From: Xanthomonas campestris pv. campestris str. ATCC 33913
GTDB taxonomy: Bacteria; Pseudomonadota; Gammaproteobacteria; Xanthomonadales; Xanthomonadaceae
Assembly: GCF_000007145.1 (NCBI RefSeq)
Contig: NC_003902.1
Location: 3,776,497 to 3,808,496 of the forward strand
DNA length: 32,000 nucleotides
Reading direction: 5' to 3'
Positions 27,249 to 32,000 of the stretch are shown here, one piece after another. The notes under the pieces are model-generated. The model was given only the letters and a program-made list of their open reading frames with translations. It was not told where the DNA came from and ran no database searches. Position numbers and translations under genes: made by a program. Position 1 is the first letter of the stretch. Each line of letters starts with the position of its first letter.

Positions 27249-27833
27249 TCAGCGCCCGACCTTGCCGGTCTGCACACTGACCTTGCCCTGCCGGATCTCG
27301 AAGGTGAAGGCAAACGACAACGTCACCGGGACAGGCTCCTGGCGCTCGGCGCCGGTGCAATCGTCCATGTCGGCCGGCTGCGCAACACCGGGAGCGAAAG
27401 CGCACAGCGCCGCAGGCACGAACCGCCACTGCTGCACGGTCGCACGCACTGCCTGCAGCAGATCTGCGTTGGCTGGCAGCAAGCCGGCAGCGCACGCGTC
27501 ACGATCGGACATCGGATCGACACGCTGCACAGTGCCGCTGGCGTCGAGAATGACGTGCGCGCACACCGTGGTCGGCGGCAGGCTGGTCCGTGCGGTATCG
27601 GGCGCCAATTGGGGAGTGTCACTACGCAATGCGCGCGGCATGCGAAACCGCTGCGTCGGTGCCAGCACATAGGTGGTAACGGCAGCCGCACCCTCTGCCG
27701 GCGGCTGCGCCGCCAGCATGCGCTGATCCACCGAGGCTTCGCGTTGGGTCTGTTCGGCGATCTGCACGGGCCGGCTTGCGCAGCCGGTGATCGCGACGAG
27801 CATCACTGCCACATAGACCAGAGACTGCCGCAT
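27249..27833 (-). CDS. Lipoprotein with a TonB-C-like C-terminal region (unknown function)
   Basis: Lipobox LVAITGC. The C-terminal part ...ILDASGTVQRVDPMS...LLQAVRATVQQWRFVPAA...VPVTLSFAFTF resembles the TonB C-terminal fold pattern. It starts 3 nt after the upstream gene's stop. Confidence 0.7.
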   Translation of the reverse strand: MRQSLVYVAVMLVAITGCASRPVQIAEQTQREASVDQRMLAAQPPAEGAAAVTTYVLAPTQRFRMPRALRSDTPQLAPDTARTSLPPTTVCAHVILDASGTVQRVDPMSDRDACAAGLLPANADLLQAVRATVQQWRFVPAALCAFAPGVAQPADMDDCTGAERQEPVPVTLSFAFTFEIRQGKVSVQTGKVGR

Positions 27834-27836
27834 CTG

Positions 27837-29141
27837 TCAGCCCTTCTTTGCGGCGCATGCGGACGCGGCGCAGCGCGCAGGCTGCGCGCCCGCTGCAGCG
27901 GGCGCATCAGTGCCTGGTGGTACAGCGACTTCGTCGGGCGGGTCCAACGCAAACTGCACCGGCACCCTTACGGTGGTTGGCACCGGCCTGCCGTGCACCT
28001 TGTCGGGTACCAAGCGCCATTGCCTGGCGGCAGCGAGCACCGCGGCATCGAACACACCGGCAGGCTGGCTGCGCAGGATGACGATCTGTTGCGGCACGCC
28101 ACTCGCATCCATGCGGATCTTCAATTCGACACTGCCCTCGAGCCTGGCATCCATCGCATCTTTCGGGTATCGCGGTGGCGTCAACGTTGCGTAATCCACC
28201 GGCGGACGTGGCGTTGATCCGGCGTGCGTGACGGCAGGCGCGCGCGTGGGAATCGCTGCCCACGCAGCGGCGCTGGCCAGCAGCGCCAGCAGCATCACCA
28301 AGGGCGTGTTCCACTGGCGCAGTGCTGCACCGGCCGTGCGGCCATGCGGGGCAAGCGCACGCAATGCGGCGATTCGCTGCACCAACGCATGCGGCGTGGT
28401 CCAGTGGCACACCGTCGCCGCCCCAGCGCTCCCGAAGTGGGTCTTGAGCATGGCGTCGGCATAGCGGCGGCGTAACCGTGGATGCCGTGCCAGCACGCCG
28501 GCATCGCAGGCCAGCTCCTGATCCAGGCGGAATGCGCGCCACGCCAGGTGCACCAGCGGATTGCACCAGCCCAGGCATAGCAACACGGCGGCGAACAGGT
28601 TTGCCTGCAGATCGCCACGGCGCAGATGCAGCCGCTCGTGCGCCACGATCAATTGACGCTCCACGCCGCTGTAACGCGTGGCGAAGTCGGCCGGCACCAC
28701 GATGCGCGGCCGCCACACACCGAGCGATGCCGGCAGGCCGCGGTCATGACCGGCCGACCACACCGCGTTGCCCTGCGCCCGGAGTGGCCCGAGGCTGCGC
28801 ACAAAGTGCGACTGCCACCACCACAGCCACCCGGCCATTGCCACGGCGCCCACAAGCCAGGCAATGCCCAGCGCGCTTTCCCATCCAGGCGCGAGGACGG
28901 GCGTGCCATGCGGCTGTGGCAGGGCGCGCAACAGAGGCATCGACAACGCGGCAGTGGCGGCAGGTGGGCCGGGCACCGCCGCCGCCACGATCGCCAGCGG
29001 CACGCAGCTCCACACCGCGTACGCCGCCGGCGCGCCTAGCCACGCGCGCACCGGCCGGCGCAGCAACAGGCACACGATCACGGCAATGGTGGTCGCCACG
29101 GCAACGCGCCAGGCGAATGCACTCAGGTCAGTGAGCATCAT
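27837..29141 (-). CDS. BlaR1/MecR1-like M56 membrane metalloprotease with a TonB-C-type C-terminal domain
   Basis: N-terminal TM helices. HExxH lies in LIVAHERLHLRRGD, with LDQELACD downstream. The C-terminal PPRYPKDAMDARLEGSVELKIRMDASGVPQQIVILRSQPAGVFDAAVLAAARQWRLVP matches the TonB_C pattern. No PBP/transpeptidase-like sensor is seen. Confidence 0.85.
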   Translation of the reverse strand: MMLTDLSAFAWRVAVATTIAVIVCLLLRRPVRAWLGAPAAYAVWSCVPLAIVAAAVPGPPAATAALSMPLLRALPQPHGTPVLAPGWESALGIAWLVGAVAMAGWLWWWQSHFVRSLGPLRAQGNAVWSAGHDRGLPASLGVWRPRIVVPADFATRYSGVERQLIVAHERLHLRRGDLQANLFAAVLLCLGWCNPLVHLAWRAFRLDQELACDAGVLARHPRLRRRYADAMLKTHFGSAGAATVCHWTTPHALVQRIAALRALAPHGRTAGAALRQWNTPLVMLLALLASAAAWAAIPTRAPAVTHAGSTPRPPVDYATLTPPRYPKDAMDARLEGSVELKIRMDASGVPQQIVILRSQPAGVFDAAVLAAARQWRLVPDKVHGRPVPTTVRVPVQFALDPPDEVAVPPGTDAPAAAGAQPARCAASACAAKKG

Positions 29142-29547
29142 CGAGGTCCTTGATCAGCTGTTTCAGTTCTGCCAGATCGGACGCGCTGAGTTTGCCGCGC
29201 GCGCTGAAGTGCGCCACCAGCGGCGCGACGCGGCCGCCGAATACCCGCTGCAACAGTCCTTCGCTTTGCTGCTGCACCCAGTGCTCGCGCAGCAGCACCG
29301 GCGCGTAGTGATACTTGCGCCCATCCTTGTGCGCCGCCACCGCCCCCTTGTTGAGCAACCGGTTGAGCAAGGTCTTGATGGTGGGCTCGGCCCAGCCGGT
29401 GTGGGCCAGGGCGGCCACCACCTCCTCGGCCGTACGCGGCGCACGCTCCCACAGCACTTGCATCACAATCGCTTCGGACTCACTGATCGCCGTGCGATTA
29501 CACCCGTAATTTTTCTCGATTACGCATGTAATTTCAAACCCTGTCAA
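29128..29547 (-). CDS. BlaI/MecI/CopY-family winged-helix repressor (maximal ORF; true start unresolved)
   Basis: AISESEAIVMQVLW...TIKTLLNRLLNKGAV...YHYAP aligns with the BlaI/MecI N-terminal helix and wHTH. The stop overlaps the M56 gene start by 14 nt. The TTG at 29547 is probably not the start (see findings). The canonical in-frame starts are GTG 29466 and ATG 29463. Confidence 0.8.
   Translation of the reverse strand: MTGFEITCVIEKNYGCNRTAISESEAIVMQVLWERAPRTAEEVVAALAHTGWAEPTIKTLLNRLLNKGAVAAHKDGRKYHYAPVLLREHWVQQQSEGLLQRVFGGRVAPLVAHFSARGKLSASDLAELKQLIKDLDDAH
29497..29510. promoter_or_regulatory. Putative BlaI operator 1 (ATTACACCCGTAAT)
   Basis: Perfect dyad ATTAC-N4-GTAAT. It resembles the TTACA/TGTAA half-sites of staphylococcal bla/mec operators. 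Confidence 0.6.
29519..29532. promoter_or_regulatory. Putative BlaI operator 2 (ATTACGCATGTAAT)
   Basis: A second perfect ATTAC-N4-GTAAT dyad, 22 bp centre-to-centre from operator 1. It overlaps the predicted -10. Confidence 0.6.
29519..29547 (-). promoter_or_regulatory. Predicted sigma70-type promoter of the blaI operon
   Basis: The minus strand reads TTGACA (29547-29542), a 17-nt spacer, then CGTAAT (29524-29519). Confidence 0.5.
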
Positions 29548-29623
29548 GCCTGATCGGTTGGCTTGCCCGGCACATAATGCAAATCACCGGGCGCACCGCA
29601 TCCGGCTCGGCTACCCTGGCTGG

Positions 29624-31573
29624 ATGACTGAACATCTGACCGATCTGAGCGCCACGGTGGCGTGGATCCTGCAACGCATCGACGGCCCGCTGCGCGTGGG
29701 CGCGCCCTTGGGCATCGGCAAACCGCATCGGCTTTTGAATGCGCTGTATGCGCACGTGGTGGACCAACCATCGCGTCCGCTTGCGCTGTACACCGCGTTG
29801 TCGCTCAATCCGCCCAAGCCGGGCAGCGGTCTGGCCGCGCGCTTTGCCGGGCCGTTTATTTCGCGGCATTTCGGCGATGACTTCCCGCGCCTGGCCTATG
29901 TCGATGCCATGCTGCGCGATGCCTTGCCCGCGCATGTGCAGGTGGAAGAGTTCTACATGCAGTCCGGCGGGCTGCTGCACTCCACCCAGGCGCAGGCCGA
30001 CTACACCAGCCTCAATTACACCCATGCCGCTGCTGCGGTGGCGCAGCGCGCGCCGAACCTGATCGTGCAGAAAGTTGCACGCGAACCCGGTGGCACGCGG
30101 TTGTCGCTGTCGTGCAACAACGACATCACCCAGGACACGCTGGATGCGGTCGCCGCACTTGGCTTGCCACGTCCGCTACTGGTGGCCGAAGTGGATGCGG
30201 AGCTGCCGTGGATCGGCGGCACTGCGGCTGTGGATGCATCGTTCTTCGACCTGGTGCTGGAGATACCCGGCCCGTCACCGCGACTGTTCGGGCTGCCGCG
30301 CCAGCCGGTCACCAGCATCGATTACGCCATCGGCCTGTATGCGAGCACGCTGGTTCGCGATGGCGGCACGTTGCAGATCGGCATCGGCACGCTCGCCGAT
30401 GCACTCAGCCACGCGCTGGTGTTGCGACATACCGACAACGCCACCTACCGGCGCGTGTTGCAGGCGTTGGATCCAACGCTGACATCGCATCCGTCAGTGC
30501 AGGCCAGCGGCGGCCTGGAGCCCTTTACGATCGGCCTGTACGGCTGCAGCGAAATGCTCAACGAAGGCTTCAAACAGCTGGTGGACAGCGGTGTGATCCG
30601 GCGCAAGGTCCATGACGATCTGGGCTTGATGCAGCGCCTGGCCGACGGCACCGCCGACGCTGCCGATGCAGCGCGATTGGCGGACGAAGGCGAATTCCTG
30701 CATGGCGCGTTCTATCTTGGCTCGCCGGCGTTCTACGCCTGGCTGCGCGCGCTGGACCCACAGCTGCGCGGTGCGATTGGCATGCGCCGCATCAGCGAGA
30801 TCAACCAGCTCTACGGCGGCAATGAAGCGCTGGAGCGGCTGCAACGCCGCGATGCGCGTTTCTTCAACTCGTGCATGATGGCCACCGCCCTGGGCGCGGC
30901 GGTCTCCGACGGCCTGGAAGATGGGCGCGTGGTCTCCGGCGTGGGCGGGCAGTACAACTTTGTGGCGATGGCGCACGCCCTGCCGCAGGCACGCAGCGTC
31001 TTGATGTTGCGTGCCACCCGCGCGTCGGGCAAGGACGCTGCCAGTAACGTGCGCTGGAACTACGGGCACACCACCATCCCGCGCCATCTGCGCGATCTCT
31101 ACATCACCGAATACGGCATCGCCGATCTGCGCCACAAGACCGATCAGGACTGCGTGCTGGAAATGGCTGGTATCTGCGATGCGCGCTTTCAGACCGCGTT
31201 ACTTGCCCAGGCAAGGCAGTCACGCAAACTGCGGGACGTTCCTGAGCAGGCCGCACGCGCGCAGCGCAACACGCCGCAGGCGCTGGAAGCGGCGTTGGCT
31301 CCGTTCCGCCGCGATGGCAGCCTGCCTGACTACCCACTCGGCAGCGACTTCACCGACACCGAGCAACGCCTGTTGCCGGCGCTTGGCTGGCTCAAAAGCG
31401 CCACCACCGGAAAGACCGCAGCATTAGCGACACTGATGCGCGCGCTGCTGTCGCGCGCTGCAGGTGATGCCGCCTGCCTGCAGCGCATGGACCTGGCCAC
31501 ACCGCGCAGCCTGGGCGACCGCGTGCAGGCCAAGCTCCTGGCCTATGCGCTACAGCAGACCAGGCAGCAGTGA
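29624..31573 (+). CDS. Acetyl-CoA hydrolase/transferase family protein
   Basis: 649 aa from the ATG at 29624 (MTEHLTDLSATVAWI...). LRVGAPLGIGKPHRLLNALY and VVSGVGGQYNFVAMAHAL are typical of this family. It is divergent from blaI. Confidence 0.8.
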   Translation: MTEHLTDLSATVAWILQRIDGPLRVGAPLGIGKPHRLLNALYAHVVDQPSRPLALYTALSLNPPKPGSGLAARFAGPFISRHFGDDFPRLAYVDAMLRDALPAHVQVEEFYMQSGGLLHSTQAQADYTSLNYTHAAAAVAQRAPNLIVQKVAREPGGTRLSLSCNNDITQDTLDAVAALGLPRPLLVAEVDAELPWIGGTAAVDASFFDLVLEIPGPSPRLFGLPRQPVTSIDYAIGLYASTLVRDGGTLQIGIGTLADALSHALVLRHTDNATYRRVLQALDPTLTSHPSVQASGGLEPFTIGLYGCSEMLNEGFKQLVDSGVIRRKVHDDLGLMQRLADGTADAADAARLADEGEFLHGAFYLGSPAFYAWLRALDPQLRGAIGMRRISEINQLYGGNEALERLQRRDARFFNSCMMATALGAAVSDGLEDGRVVSGVGGQYNFVAMAHALPQARSVLMLRATRASGKDAASNVRWNYGHTTIPRHLRDLYITEYGIADLRHKTDQDCVLEMAGICDARFQTALLAQARQSRKLRDVPEQAARAQRNTPQALEAALAPFRRDGSLPDYPLGSDFTDTEQRLLPALGWLKSATTGKTAALATLMRALLSRAAGDAACLQRMDLATPRSLGDRVQAKLLAYALQQTRQQ

Positions 31574-31769
31574 TGACGCAGCCCTGACAGTGCGACTGCA
31601 TCGACGCTGGCCGTGTGACCGCTGACGCAAGACGGACACACGGTGGAAAGCATTGCGTCAAGCGCGACCGGGATGATGGCGACCACCTTCTTTCCGGCAC
31701 CGCTGCATGCACTCTTTTCATGATGCGTTTTCTGCCCCGAATGCAGGCAATGACACAGAAGCGAAGCGG

Positions 31770-32000
31770 TTGCCCGCAAAGCGAAGAATCAGGCTGAAAA
31801 CAGCCGTGCTTGGCGTGTTACTGCTCGCCAGCGTGGCGGCGCAGGCAGAGCCGCGGCTCACCGATCTGCAGTACATCGGAAGCCATAACAGTTACCACGC
31901 CGGCTTCGCACCCAGCGAAGCAACGTTGTTGAAGCAACACGATCCCGCTGCGTTCGCGACGCTGGACTATCGCCATCCGCCATTGACACAACAGTTGGAC
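31770..32000 (+). CDS. Secreted PI-PLC-like phosphodiesterase, N-terminal fragment (3' end outside the window)
   Basis: The frame is open to the window end. It encodes the signal peptide ...KRRIRLKTAVLGVLLLASVAAQA and then LQYIGSHNSYHAGF, a PLC X-domain-like catalytic His motif. The TTG start at 31770 is tentative. Confidence 0.5.
   Translation, partial: MPAKRRIRLKTAVLGVLLLASVAAQAEPRLTDLQYIGSHNSYHAGFAPSEATLLKQHDPAAFATLDYRHPPLTQQLD

Noticed and set aside
29545-29547. TTG as the blaI start codon, as implied by the ORF track.
   Set aside because: It is part of a perfect TTGACA -35 hexamer. The following 17 codons are A/T-ending operator palindromes that are atypical of coding sequence here. 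It is kept only as the maximal ORF boundary.

Overview
The window is very GC-rich chromosomal DNA. Gene content and protein sequences look like a Xanthomonadaceae (probably Xanthomonas) core region; this is inferred from memory of protein families, not from a search. Most of it is housekeeping. It holds a cysB / cysG-cysK sulfur block, an ICMT-family methyltransferase, a macro-domain protein, and a minus-strand lower-glycolysis cluster (fba, pyk, HAD phosphatase, pgk, gapA). That cluster is interrupted by a translationally coupled pair of large unknown-function envelope proteins (DUF2339-like and DUF3999-like). Further on are two tandem ompW paralogs, modABC, a flavin reductase and an acetyl-CoA hydrolase/transferase. 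I see two non-routine regions. (1) Two near-identical 849-bp IS5-family (IS427-group-like) elements lie in inverted orientation around a secreted S1/P1 nuclease + MBL-fold hydrolase pair. Their flanking trinucleotides match crosswise, homology runs beyond one IS end, and orfA/orfB sit in a +1 phase across an A6 tract. (2) A BlaI / BlaR1-like M56 protease / lipoprotein operon has TonB-C-like domains in place of a penicillin-binding sensor, two ATTAC-N4-GTAAT operators, and an unresolved start codon. Smaller oddities are a (GGGGAAT)x6 microsatellite just upstream of pgk, a duplicated 3' gene tail after the methyltransferase, and long non-coding spacers around fba that carry a recurring GCACATG motif. 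I found no rRNA, tRNA or CRISPR array. No recognisable defence system was identified, and every family assignment needs HMM/BLAST confirmation.
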